Shown: positions 9,911-18,430 of the stretch, piece by piece
Layout of the letters: every line of letters starts with the position of its first letter
How positions within the stretch are numbered: position 1 is the first letter of the stretch
NCBI RefSeq assembly: GCF_000012805.1
Contig: NC_007484.1
Location: 660,001-692,000 of the forward strand
Direction of reading: 5' to 3'
Source: Nitrosococcus oceani ATCC 19707
GTDB taxonomy: Bacteria > Pseudomonadota > Gammaproteobacteria > Nitrosococcales > Nitrosococcaceae
Length of the DNA: 32,000 nt
Position numbers and translations under genes: made by a program
The notes under the pieces: generated by a model
The model's input: only the letters and a program-made list of their open reading frames with translations
Database searches by the model: none
What the model was told of the DNA's origin: nothing

Positions 9911-10657
9911 ATGATGTCCATGACTTCAGATGCAAAGCAATTTTACGAAACCGTAGACACCCATCACCGAGACTCAACGCCCGGGGCCTTGCGGGGTGAA
10001 GTCTGGTTGACGATTCAGACTTACCAGGCTCAGGGCCTTATTCGTGGTCGACGAGCCATCGACGGCAAGCCCGCGATCATTGGACTTATTGGATTCGCAG
10101 ATCGATTGAAGTCGTTATGGCAGGCCATCCGTTTTGACGACCCCTACGCAGACTGGTGGTTACTCAAAGTGGAAGAGGGCATTGCCGATTCCCGAACACA
10201 GCTGCTGACGTTGCAGCAAAGGATGGAGGGGCTTGTTGCGTCAAATGGTGCGCTGGAGTTCGCCATTGCGCAATCGAGCCGGCCACAACGTGTGTCGTTG
10301 CAGTTTGCCAATCCCTATGCCTTTCGGGCTGCGCAATTGTTGGGTCAGTATGACCAGCTGATGTGTACAGACATGACGTTGCATCACTTGGGTATCGACA
10401 TACCCGGCGACCTTGTCGATCAGGTGGCCGGCTGTGGTCGCTGGATACGCCGCGTATTTGCCTTGCCTCAGGGGTACCACTGCCTGGACATTCGTCGTGC
10501 TGATATTCAGAAAGGCACCCCGGTGGCCGTCAAAGCGCGAGAGCGGATGGGGGAGATTCCAGACGACATCCTGTGTGGTAACAGGCTGCCGTCCCTGCGC
10601 CCAGTGGCATTCCGACAGATTGATAGTCGCGCCCCTGTAGTCACAGGTGAGGCGTAA
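9911..10657 (+). CDS. Conserved ICE protein (PFL_4669-like family), function unknown
   Basis: A 248-aa ORF with good coding character. Its placement after the STY4528-like gene matches the remembered backbone order. Confidence 0.55.
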   Translation: MMSMTSDAKQFYETVDTHHRDSTPGALRGEVWLTIQTYQAQGLIRGRRAIDGKPAIIGLIGFADRLKSLWQAIRFDDPYADWWLLKVEEGIADSRTQLLTLQQRMEGLVASNGALEFAIAQSSRPQRVSLQFANPYAFRAAQLLGQYDQLMCTDMTLHHLGIDIPGDLVDQVAGCGRWIRRVFALPQGYHCLDIRRADIQKGTPVAVKARERMGEIPDDILCGNRLPSLRPVAFRQIDSRAPVVTGEA

Positions 10658-10662
10658 CTGCG

Positions 10663-11046
10663 ATGGCCAGCACCACGCCACAGCAGATAAGCGTCTCACT
10701 GGACACGCGGATTCCGCTCGAAGCGTTGGTATTACAGCGTCTGCACCGGTTACCCAAGGACAGGCAAAACGATTGGCTACGGCAGCTGGTGTTAACGGCA
10801 TTTCAAAGCGAGTGCCATGTCATCAAGTCTGAACAGCGCCAGCCGGCTTTTTCGAACTCCATGCGCAAGTCGAATACGACGAGCTACATGTATAGCCGTC
10901 ACAGCACGCCTATCGCCAAGCTGCAGCGGGCTGAGGCTGTTGCGGGTCCTCCAAATTGTCCAAACAGGACCGAGCTGCCCAACCCGTTCCCAGTCAACAA
11001 AGCACACAAACCTTTTACCCACCTCAGGCGAGTGATCGGTGAGTAA
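10663..11046 (+). CDS. Hypothetical ICE protein
   Basis: A 127-aa ORF starting 6 nt after the preceding stop, on the same strand. I recognise no motif. Confidence 0.4.
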   Translation: MASTTPQQISVSLDTRIPLEALVLQRLHRLPKDRQNDWLRQLVLTAFQSECHVIKSEQRQPAFSNSMRKSNTTSYMYSRHSTPIAKLQRAEAVAGPPNCPNRTELPNPFPVNKAHKPFTHLRRVIGE

Positions 11047-11076
11047 TGACGAGAAACCGATACCAGGAAATGCACC

Positions 11077-12168
11077 ATGACAGAATTAACCGACGAAAAA
11101 ACCACCGACCAGAGACAAGCCTCGATTGCTGACGATCCGATGCAGGTAGTCCAGGTGGGGCTGGATGACGGCTACGCCTATACCAAGGTGGCACTACCCG
11201 ACGGACGCCTCGTATCCGTGCCGTCGCGGGCGCGTATGGGTGCGGCAGGTGTGACCTGGATTCGGGATGTGGAGCAACGGATTTTCGAGTATGAAACCGC
11301 TGGTACGGTGTACTCCGTTGGTGCGGTCGATGGTGAGCCGACGCAGTTTGATGAATACCCAGGCTCTGCACTCAACCGTGTCATTGTCCAGCACGCGTTA
11401 CAAGAGGCGGGCTTGTCGGGCCGCTCTCTTCATTTGGTGACAGGATTACCAGTCGCAGCATTTTACCGTGGCGATGGTCAGCAACGGCGACAGGCGATTC
11501 AAACCAAACGGGATGGCCTCAAGTTAACGGTCGAGCCTGTCGTTGCCAAGAAGTCATCGACAAGGCAAGCGCTCAAAGCCAGCATCGCCTTTCACGAGGT
11601 TATTCCAGAGGCGCTTGCGGCATGGTACGACTTCGTCATTGTGACCTTGGATGATGGCGTAACGCTGGATGCTGACCGACTCAATGCGCCTATTGCTATC
11701 GTTGATATCGGCGGCCGAACCACAGATTACGTGGTCGTGCAGGACCAGGGTGTTGTCCACGGTTCCTCAGGTTCCCTGAACAGGGGGATGCTCGATCTGA
11801 AACTTCGCGTCGCCAACCTGATCCAGGAACGGTTCGATCTCCACGAACTCGGTGAGCAAATCATCAGCCGGGCCGTTGATACCAATCGGTTGCGGCTGCA
11901 TGGCAAAGATCACGATGTATCCGACATGGTGATGAATGCCAAGCGTGAGCTGGTAGAGCGACTTTACGCAGAAACCCGCCGAAAACTTGGGCTTGGTGTT
12001 GAGCTGGATCGCATCCTTTTTGTTGGTGGCGGCAGTGCGGCACTGTCATCAGATATCGCCGACTGGTTCCCCAATCAAACCATTGCTGATCATGCAGCAT
12101 TCGCCAATGCGCGGGGTATGCTCAAGTACCTACAGTTTGTCTGTGATGATGCTTCGAAGGAGCGATAA
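11077..12168 (+). CDS. ParM/StbA-like actin-fold ATPase
   Basis: Actin-fold phosphate and adenosine motifs are present: VGLDDGYAYTKV (phosphate 1), IVDIGGRTTDYVVV (phosphate 2) and LFVGGGSAAL (adenosine). Confidence 0.8.
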   Translation: MTELTDEKTTDQRQASIADDPMQVVQVGLDDGYAYTKVALPDGRLVSVPSRARMGAAGVTWIRDVEQRIFEYETAGTVYSVGAVDGEPTQFDEYPGSALNRVIVQHALQEAGLSGRSLHLVTGLPVAAFYRGDGQQRRQAIQTKRDGLKLTVEPVVAKKSSTRQALKASIAFHEVIPEALAAWYDFVIVTLDDGVTLDADRLNAPIAIVDIGGRTTDYVVVQDQGVVHGSSGSLNRGMLDLKLRVANLIQERFDLHELGEQIISRAVDTNRLRLHGKDHDVSDMVMNAKRELVERLYAETRRKLGLGVELDRILFVGGGSAALSSDIADWFPNQTIADHAAFANARGMLKYLQFVCDDASKER

Positions 12169-12357
12169 CGATTTTATACGTGGTCACTGCGGTCTCAGTG
12201 ATAAAAAAGGTATCGTCGGATTGTGCAATCGATACCGCGGTTCTGCCGTCAATCCAGTGTCAGGGCTTTCCCTGATTTTACTCACCCTGCCGGGAAACAC
12301 CTTCCCGTCAGGGAAACGTGTTCTCCGGCATTTCTTTATGTTCAAGGAGAATATGTT

Positions 12358-12786
12358 ATGACCAGTAGACAAACTACCGCTGAAAAACCGAAGTATTTCG
12401 ATCTTGATATTCACGGCATCGGTTACCTCAATCGTGTGCGTGAAGTGACGCCAGAGAATGGATTTCCATTTCTCAGTGTCACCATCGCTGCGCTACGAGG
12501 GCCTGCCGATAACGTCCAGCACACGCATTTCGAGTGCGTAGTGGTGGGTGAGGAGGCGAAGGATTTGGTACGCCAGCTGACACCGGCGGTGGAAGCTGAC
12601 CTGAAAGTACTCGTGGGTTTTCACCTCAGTGATCTGCAAGCCGAAACCTTCATCTTCAAAAACGGTGATCGAGCCGGTACGACGGGCATCAGTCTGAAGT
12701 CCCGGTTACTGCGGTTCCAATGGATCAAAGTAGACGGCCAGCCCTTTCCGGCGCCGACCTCTGAGGCCCATAACGCCGTAGCCTGA
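12358..12786 (+). CDS. STY4534-like ICE protein (DUF3577-type, SSB/OB-fold-like)
   Basis: The ATG at 12358 is preceded by AAGGAGA (12344-12350). The N-terminus MTSRQTTAEKPKYFDLDIHGIGYLNRVREV matches my memory of this family. The longer track ORF starting at 12223 lacks an RBS. Confidence 0.6.
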   Translation: MTSRQTTAEKPKYFDLDIHGIGYLNRVREVTPENGFPFLSVTIAALRGPADNVQHTHFECVVVGEEAKDLVRQLTPAVEADLKVLVGFHLSDLQAETFIFKNGDRAGTTGISLKSRLLRFQWIKVDGQPFPAPTSEAHNAVA

Positions 12787-12797
12787 CGACCACATCT

Positions 12798-12819
12798 GAC
12801 CGCATCCAACGATGCGGTC
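12798..12819 (+). terminator. Hairpin just downstream of the SSB-like gene (weak terminator candidate)
   Basis: GACCGCATC (12798-12806) pairs with GATGCGGTC (12811-12819) across a 4-nt loop. The tail AATCTTT is only weakly U-rich. Confidence 0.35.
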
Positions 12820-12891
12820 AATCTTTAACCCAACGCGAGGGAGATACTCCCTTGCAGGGCGGTCTCCTCGCATCTTTCAAGGAGAGCGCTC

Positions 12892-13407
12892 ATGGCTTCC
12901 AAATCTTCACCTACCCAGGTGATTCCTAAAAACCGTTTTGCACGTGTTCGCATGGCGTCGCTAAACGATCCTGAAAAACAATCCCTGCTGGAGCTGGCGT
13001 TTGCGGTATTACACGATCTGCACCAGCCGGGCGTCGAGCTGCCGAGCCCCAACCATACCCGTGACTTTTTACGGATGTTGTTGGCGGAGCGCAAAGCGGA
13101 AGTCTTTGGTTGTTTGTATCTGGATAACCGACATCGAGTGATTGAAACGGTCGAGTTGTTTCAGGGAACCATTGATGGTGCTTCGGTGTATCCCCGTGTG
13201 GTGGTGCAACAGGCACTTTCCGTTAACGCTGCAGCAGTGATGTTTTTTCATAATCACCCGAGTGGTGTTGCCGAGCCCAGTAACGCGGACGAAGCGATTA
13301 CGCGGCGGCTGAAAGAGGCGCTGGCACTCGTCGATATTCGTGTGCTGGACCATTTTGTGGTCACTGCTGGCGAGTCAATTTCGTTTGCCGAACGCGGACT
13401 GCTCTAA
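12892..13407 (+). CDS. radC: RadC-like JAB/MPN domain protein
   Basis: The JAMM motif HNHPSG is followed by SxxD (PSNADEAIT), and the C-terminus has the typical VLDHFVV. The RBS GGAGAG precedes the ATG. Confidence 0.9.
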   Translation: MASKSSPTQVIPKNRFARVRMASLNDPEKQSLLELAFAVLHDLHQPGVELPSPNHTRDFLRMLLAERKAEVFGCLYLDNRHRVIETVELFQGTIDGASVYPRVVVQQALSVNAAAVMFFHNHPSGVAEPSNADEAITRRLKEALALVDIRVLDHFVVTAGESISFAERGLL

Positions 13408-13429
13408 AACACAATTCACTCAACCCATT

Positions 13430-13477
13430 GGGGAGTCACTGCTTCCCAATGGGAAGGAGGGACTCCCCGAACTTTTT
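13430..13477 (+). terminator. Long imperfect hairpin plus T5 run after radC
   Basis: GGGGAGTC (13430-13437) pairs with GACTCCCC (13461-13468). An inner stem CTTCCC/GGGAAG lies within it. TTTTT follows at 13473-13477. Confidence 0.45.
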
Positions 13478-13502
13478 GCTTATGTCCTAAGGGAGAAACT
13501 TT

Positions 13503-13928
13503 ATGAAAAACTCAGAGAAAGCATCGTTGGAAGAAATCTTCGGCCCGGTCATCTCATCTTACAGCCGAGCAAAGGCGATTGAAGACGGTGTATTGATCGA
13601 CGTCACCAGTATGGCGCTTGAAGCTGGTTTCAAGTGGCCAGCGGCTCTAACGCATGCGGCGTGGTGTGATTGTGTCGCTTGGACGGAACGGGATAGCCGG
13701 TGTCAGGTACATCAGGATGAGACCGGTCGTTTGTGGGACGTGTTGTTTATGGCGTTCCATGCGATTCGTACGACTACTGACTCCGGCGATCGACTGCGCT
13801 TCTCGCTATATCGGGTGCCCAAAGACGGGCATTCCGTGGAAGCGGAGGAGGTGACTTTGAAATTGATGGTGGGTCCCGGCGATGTCGGAGAACCCGTTAT
13901 TACGATCATGTTGCCCAACGAAGATTAA
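13503..13928 (+). CDS. Conserved hypothetical protein of plasmid/ICE establishment regions
   Basis: A 141-aa ORF with the RBS AAGGGAGA. I recall similar proteins (IFGPVISSYSRAKAIEDGVLIDV...) next to radC/ssb/anti-restriction genes on mobile elements, but I cannot name the family with confidence. Confidence 0.55.
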   Translation: MKNSEKASLEEIFGPVISSYSRAKAIEDGVLIDVTSMALEAGFKWPAALTHAAWCDCVAWTERDSRCQVHQDETGRLWDVLFMAFHAIRTTTDSGDRLRFSLYRVPKDGHSVEAEEVTLKLMVGPGDVGEPVITIMLPNED

Positions 13929-14773
13929 TGTCGCCGATCGAATCGGCTCCTTGCCCTGGCCACTTGGGATAAAGTGGCACTTCTTCGTTCCTCGCCTGCT
14001 GTGCTTCCAACGTAACCTGCCTCCGCGAAGTGCCAACGCCATATCCACCTGACGCTTTTTACCTGTGGTTCCACTGTAACCACGGCCCGAATTGACCTGC
14101 CTATTCGACTGCCATGACAGGTCAAAGACCTGGCGTGGGAGTTGATTCGAACGAAGCCCTCGTCACTGGCAAGCGAAGCGGGGTAGTGACGAGGGCGGCG
14201 GCGTACGGAATGACAACGCATTGCGCTCGAATTGATGCGTTCCCGGCGAATTCGGTCTGGCTATACTGATGGCCGTGAATCGAAAACGACTTTAGACGCG
14301 GCCACGGCGGTAACGTGGATGGGGGAAGTTGCCCTCGCCATCGAAAATGGCAAAAACAACGTTAGCGTCAGTAGGGCTTGAAAGGCGCACAGCTTCAGCT
14401 GCAGCTCATCTTCAATGCTTTTTCATCATCCGGACTTTTGTCCTCTCTTCAATCTGGCAATTGCCACTTCAAAACCCGGCTCGCAAGTAGCCGACTTTCA
14501 ATGTGCCGTCCTCTCGACGGTTTCTTTCAACACGCAGACCGATGGTTCTGCTTATTTAAAAGGAGGTGAAGCACTCACCATCAAAAGCGGGCTCTTTGAG
14601 CCCATTGGTTTACTTGGCGCCATCTTCAGCAGAAGAGCAGCCAGGTTGCCTGCGACCAGGCTTATCAGGTCAAACGGGGAGTAGTGTCCCTTGACCCTTC
14701 CGCGCAAGCGGACCCTATCAGGCTACGTGCCTGTGGTTGGTCATAAACACTTACCAGATATGGAAAGTACACG

Positions 14774-15640
14774 ATGAGAGACCTGAACTACCAATTGAAG
14801 CAAATGTGTCAGCGCAACCGGGACGGCAGCTACAGTACCCAGGCCAACCGGTCGCGTATGCTTAACCAGATCGCCAATCAGTTGCAGGAGATGGGGTATC
14901 GGCGCATGACCACCCGATCTCTCAAGCCGAAGCATGTGGACGCGCTTGTCCGGCGCTGGCTCAGTGAGGGTATGGCACCCGGTACCATAAAAAACCGCAT
15001 GAATTGTCTGCGGTGGTGGGCCGCTAAAGTGGATCGGCGTAACGTTATCGCACGATCTAATGAGTTTTACGGCATCCCCGATCGACAATTCGTCAGTAAC
15101 GATTCCAAGGCGGTTGCTGTTGACGACAATGCACTGTCTAGCGTCAAAGACGACCATGTGCGCATGAGCCTGGAACTTCAGCGCGCCTTCGGTTTGCGCA
15201 GGGAAGAGGCAATCAAATTCATGCCGGGCTATGCCGATCAAGGCGATCATGTTCGCCTGAAGGCCTCCTGGACGAAAGGAGGCAAGGCGCGCGCTGTGCC
15301 GGTGCTCACCCAGGAACAGCGTGCCGTCTTGAATCGTGCCCACCGTTTGGTGGGATCCGGTTCCCTGATTCCTCCGCAGAAAAAATATATTCAGCAGCTG
15401 CGTACCTACGAACGCCATACCACTCAGGCAGGTTTGTCGAAACTGCATGGCCTGCGCCATGCGTATGCTCAGTCACGCTATCAGGCGTTAACGGGTTGGG
15501 CCTGTCCTGCGGCGCGTGGGCCGGCCGCTAAGAGTCTGAGTGCTGAGCAACGACAGCAGGACCATCAGGCACGACTCACCATCAGTCGCGAATTAGGCCA
15601 TGTTCGCGAACAGATCAGCGCCGTTTACCTAGGGCGATAA
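14774..15640 (+). CDS. Tyrosine-recombinase (integrase-domain) protein of the ICE backbone
   Basis: C-terminal catalytic-type residues are present: LRREEA, HGLRHAYAQ, and the terminal ISAVYLGR with a candidate catalytic Tyr. It is 288 aa with no arm-binding N-domain. Confidence 0.7.
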   Translation: MRDLNYQLKQMCQRNRDGSYSTQANRSRMLNQIANQLQEMGYRRMTTRSLKPKHVDALVRRWLSEGMAPGTIKNRMNCLRWWAAKVDRRNVIARSNEFYGIPDRQFVSNDSKAVAVDDNALSSVKDDHVRMSLELQRAFGLRREEAIKFMPGYADQGDHVRLKASWTKGGKARAVPVLTQEQRAVLNRAHRLVGSGSLIPPQKKYIQQLRTYERHTTQAGLSKLHGLRHAYAQSRYQALTGWACPAARGPAAKSLSAEQRQQDHQARLTISRELGHVREQISAVYLGR

Positions 15641-15756
15641 GTTTTGGCAGGTAGACGCGTCACAGAAAAGCTCGACATTGATCGAGTGGATTAACCATTC
15701 ACGCCAGAAGATCACTTGGCGATCATGACGCCATTCATCACGATCAAGGCCAAAAC

Positions 15757-16251
15757 ATGTCTTCGTCCAAACATCACCCCATGTCACAGCTCTTGAGGAT
15801 ACTGTTGTGTTGTTCTGCGGCAGCCGTCACGAGCCATTCAGCAGTGGCGAAGGAGCGGCCCGTCACAGCAATCAGCACTCTGACTCAAATTGATCGCTAT
15901 TCAGTGATAGCGGTTCGGCCGACCGCCGGGCAGCGGGATCTGCTATCGGTGACGAGGGCGATCACTATTCCCGACGACATCGAAAGTGTGGGGGAAGCCT
16001 TCCACTGGATGTTGCGAGATTCCGGCTATCGCCTGGCGACCGATACCGTGCTGTCGGAGGAGTCGGCAGCCATGCTGGAGCTGCCGCTGCCGGCCGTGCA
16101 CCGCCGCTTTGAACCCATGCCGCTGCAAACTGTGATGGGACTCATGATTGGTCCTGCTTTTCACCTTATCCAGGATCCCGTTCACCGCCTCATTGCCTTC
16201 GAGCGTTGCGCGGATAGTCCAGACCCCAATGCAACGGGAGGTGCGCAGTAA
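15757..16251 (+). CDS. pilL: PilL-like conjugative-transfer lipoprotein
   Basis: Signal peptide with a Cys-containing lipobox-like segment (LLCCSAAAV). It is the first gene of the transfer operon, as in PFGI-1/pKLC102-type ICEs. Confidence 0.6.
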   Translation: MSSSKHHPMSQLLRILLCCSAAAVTSHSAVAKERPVTAISTLTQIDRYSVIAVRPTAGQRDLLSVTRAITIPDDIESVGEAFHWMLRDSGYRLATDTVLSEESAAMLELPLPAVHRRFEPMPLQTVMGLMIGPAFHLIQDPVHRLIAFERCADSPDPNATGGAQ

Positions 16252-16478
16252 TGGAAGCCTTTTTCATTGCCATTGTTTTTATCGGCGCATGGTTTATGGG
16301 AGCCGAATCGAGGCAAGTTGATCCGGTGCCGCGTGTTGAAAGTGAGATAGTTTCGACGAATGAGAAGGCAGACGCTCAAGAACCCTCCATGCCCATTTGT
16401 GTATCGGGTCATCATCAGATTATTCAGCGCGATCTGACCGTGCCGGTCGATCCACAGGTCAATGAAGATGTCCACTGA
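16251..16478 (+). CDS. Small predicted membrane protein (hypothetical)
   Basis: The start overlaps the pilL stop (TAATG). It has an N-terminal hydrophobic helix (FFIAIVFIGAWFMGA). Support is only coupling and hydrophobicity. Confidence 0.35.
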   Translation: MEAFFIAIVFIGAWFMGAESRQVDPVPRVESEIVSTNEKADAQEPSMPICVSGHHQIIQRDLTVPVDPQVNEDVH

Positions 16479-17286
16479 ACGTCGCGCGGGAAAGCCATGC
16501 GTCGGATTTGTCGGGTTCTGTCTATGCCTTACGTTGCCCGTTTACGCGGATAGCCTTCAGACAGCGGAATCGCAATCTTCGAACACACCGGCGATTGAGC
16601 AATCCGTGACAGAACGTATTGACTCGCTGGCGTTTCGTGCTAACCAGTGGGGGATAGATGAATCGGAATGGCAGCGTTACCAATCCCTGATGCAAGGTGT
16701 CCGGGGCAGCGTGAGTCCTGCGACCTTGTCACCCCTCGAAGTGCTGGGCATTCACGCGCGTAGCGCTGATGAACGTCGGCGCTACGCAGAGCGATGGGCG
16801 GTTATGATGCGAGACGATGCTGAGCGCATTCTGGCGTTTCAGCGGGCCTACGACGACGCCCAGCGGCGCTTGTTTCCCAACGGCTTGTTGATCGACCCCG
16901 GTGTTGTAGCTTCCACTAAGCCGGATCAAGGTCTGGCTGGAAAATTCGCGTGGCAGTCGTCTGACCGGGTGTTGTTCTTTACCGATACCCAATGCCCGAC
17001 CTGCGATGCGGTGCTGGAGCGATTGTTGAGCCAGATCAAACACTTCTCAGGCATCGATCTGTACCTGATCGATGTGTCCGCCGGGGACGAATCCCGTATA
17101 CGCGACTGGGCGGCCTCGAAACAGATCGATCCGCAATGGGTCAGCGAGCACAAGATTACCCTGAACATTGATGCGGGTGCGCTCAACCAGGTCGCAAACC
17201 ACACGGGGCAACAGGGACAGGATTTACCGATACTGATACTACGCCGGGAAGGGCGATTGGATCCCTTGCCGGCATCACGATTTTAA
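16462..17286 (+). CDS. Periplasmic thioredoxin-like ICE protein with CxxC motif
   Basis: It has a signal peptide and a CPTC motif within FFTDTQCPTCD, a thioredoxin/DsbA-like context. Its position before the transglycosylase matches the remembered ICE family (PFL_4693-like). Confidence 0.6.
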   Translation: MKMSTERRAGKPCVGFVGFCLCLTLPVYADSLQTAESQSSNTPAIEQSVTERIDSLAFRANQWGIDESEWQRYQSLMQGVRGSVSPATLSPLEVLGIHARSADERRRYAERWAVMMRDDAERILAFQRAYDDAQRRLFPNGLLIDPGVVASTKPDQGLAGKFAWQSSDRVLFFTDTQCPTCDAVLERLLSQIKHFSGIDLYLIDVSAGDESRIRDWAASKQIDPQWVSEHKITLNIDAGALNQVANHTGQQGQDLPILILRREGRLDPLPASRF

Positions 17287-17298
17287 GGAGTAGCGCTC

Positions 17299-17862
17299 AT
17301 GGCACGCCGGTTAATCACGGTCTGCTTTGTCGGCGTTCTGTGGTGGTCGACACCCGCGCAGTCAGAATCTGTGCCGGTGGGATATAAGAAAGTCGCGAGT
17401 GAATACGGTCTTCCTCCTGCCTTGCTCTATTCGGTAGCCCTGACCGAAAGTGGGCAAAGCTCGCTTAGCGAAGGACAGTTTCGACCCTGGCCGTGGGCAC
17501 TCAATATCGACGGTGAAGGACACTATTTCTCGTCACGTCAGCTGGCATGGCATGCCCTGCAGGCGGCGTTAACGGAAACGGAAGCCTCGTCGGTGGATGT
17601 CGGTCTGATGCAAATCAGTTGGCGCTACCATCGGGCAAACTTGGGCTCATCCTGGCAGGCGCTGGATCCCTACCACAACTTGCGAGTAGCCGCCGCGATC
17701 CTGCGCGACTGCTTCGTCGAACACACCCACTGGATTCAAAGCGCCGGCTGCTATCACGCACCGAATGATCCTGCCCGAGCTGACCTCTATGGTCAGCGGG
17801 TCAAGGCGCACTGGATGCGGTTGACCGATACACCAACGGAGGTGCACCTTGAGTATCCGTAA
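17299..17862 (+). CDS. Lytic transglycosylase (SLT domain)
   Basis: Signal peptide, catalytic Glu context ALTESG, plus the GLMQI and AYH-type motifs. Confidence 0.85.
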   Translation: MARRLITVCFVGVLWWSTPAQSESVPVGYKKVASEYGLPPALLYSVALTESGQSSLSEGQFRPWPWALNIDGEGHYFSSRQLAWHALQAALTETEASSVDVGLMQISWRYHRANLGSSWQALDPYHNLRVAAAILRDCFVEHTHWIQSAGCYHAPNDPARADLYGQRVKAHWMRLTDTPTEVHLEYP

Positions 17863-18430
17863 ACAACGAATGTTGTCTGTCCTCGTGCCCGCATTGTTAC
17901 TCGCGATAGGCGGGGGTTCTTCCGCATTGGCGGATCTGACAGTGATTTATGACAGCGGCCAAACCCAACCTTTGTCGCCGTTACTTGGTCCGTTCCAGGC
18001 GGATGAAACGCCGTCGACCGATCCTGCCAAAGCAAGCGAACCGAATCCATCGTCCAAATCTATGCTCGGCCCAGCAGTATTGAGTAACTTGTTGCCGTTG
18101 CACTCACCCGGATTGGAGGTCGGCGATAGTGGTGACACTCCACTGAATCCCGAGGTGCTGACGCGGCTCGCGCAGGGTAATCCGCGCCCGTTTTTTTTGA
18201 TCGGATCGGACGCGGTTTCTTTGGAGTGGCTGGCCTACCACCGGGACACACTCAGGAGCTTGGGTGCGGTGGGCATGTTGGTGCAGGCCGATACCGAGGC
18301 CGACGTTAGACGGGTTGCCGAGGTGGCGCAGGGCTTATCCATCACCCTGGGTTCAGGAAGTGATCTGGCCGCGGCGCTGGGCATCGATCGCTACCCAGTG
18401 TTGATTACGCCTGACGGTATTCGGCAGTGA
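17849..18430 (+). CDS. Secreted conserved ICE protein (PFL_4695-like)
   Basis: It has a signal peptide (LLLAIGGGSSALA), overlaps both neighbours (coupled), and is in the expected backbone position. The start may be TTG 17849 or ATG 17870. Confidence 0.5.
   Translation: MSIRKQRMLSVLVPALLLAIGGGSSALADLTVIYDSGQTQPLSPLLGPFQADETPSTDPAKASEPNPSSKSMLGPAVLSNLLPLHSPGLEVGDSGDTPLNPEVLTRLAQGNPRPFFLIGSDAVSLEWLAYHRDTLRSLGAVGMLVQADTEADVRRVAEVAQGLSITLGSGSDLAAALGIDRYPVLITPDGIRQ

Noticed and set aside
10241-10801. 186-aa minus-strand ORF spanning the junction of two + strand ICE genes
   Set aside because: It overlaps two same-strand backbone ORFs that are coupled to each other. It shows no motifs and is likely a shadow.
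14455-14466. Perfect 12-bp palindrome TGGCAATTGCCA
   Set aside because: Several 12-bp palindromes are expected by chance in a window this size. There is no second copy and no obvious associated promoter.
14378-14684. Short ORFs (63 and 89 aa) in the 845-bp spacer, and the 98-aa minus-strand ORF at 13925-14221
   Set aside because: They have no credible RBS or start context, no motifs and odd composition. I treat the region as non-coding but flag it as a finding.
14741-15460. 239-aa minus-strand ORF opposite the integrase-domain gene
   Set aside because: It is an antisense shadow. The + strand ORF carries the recombinase catalytic motifs and a sensible start.
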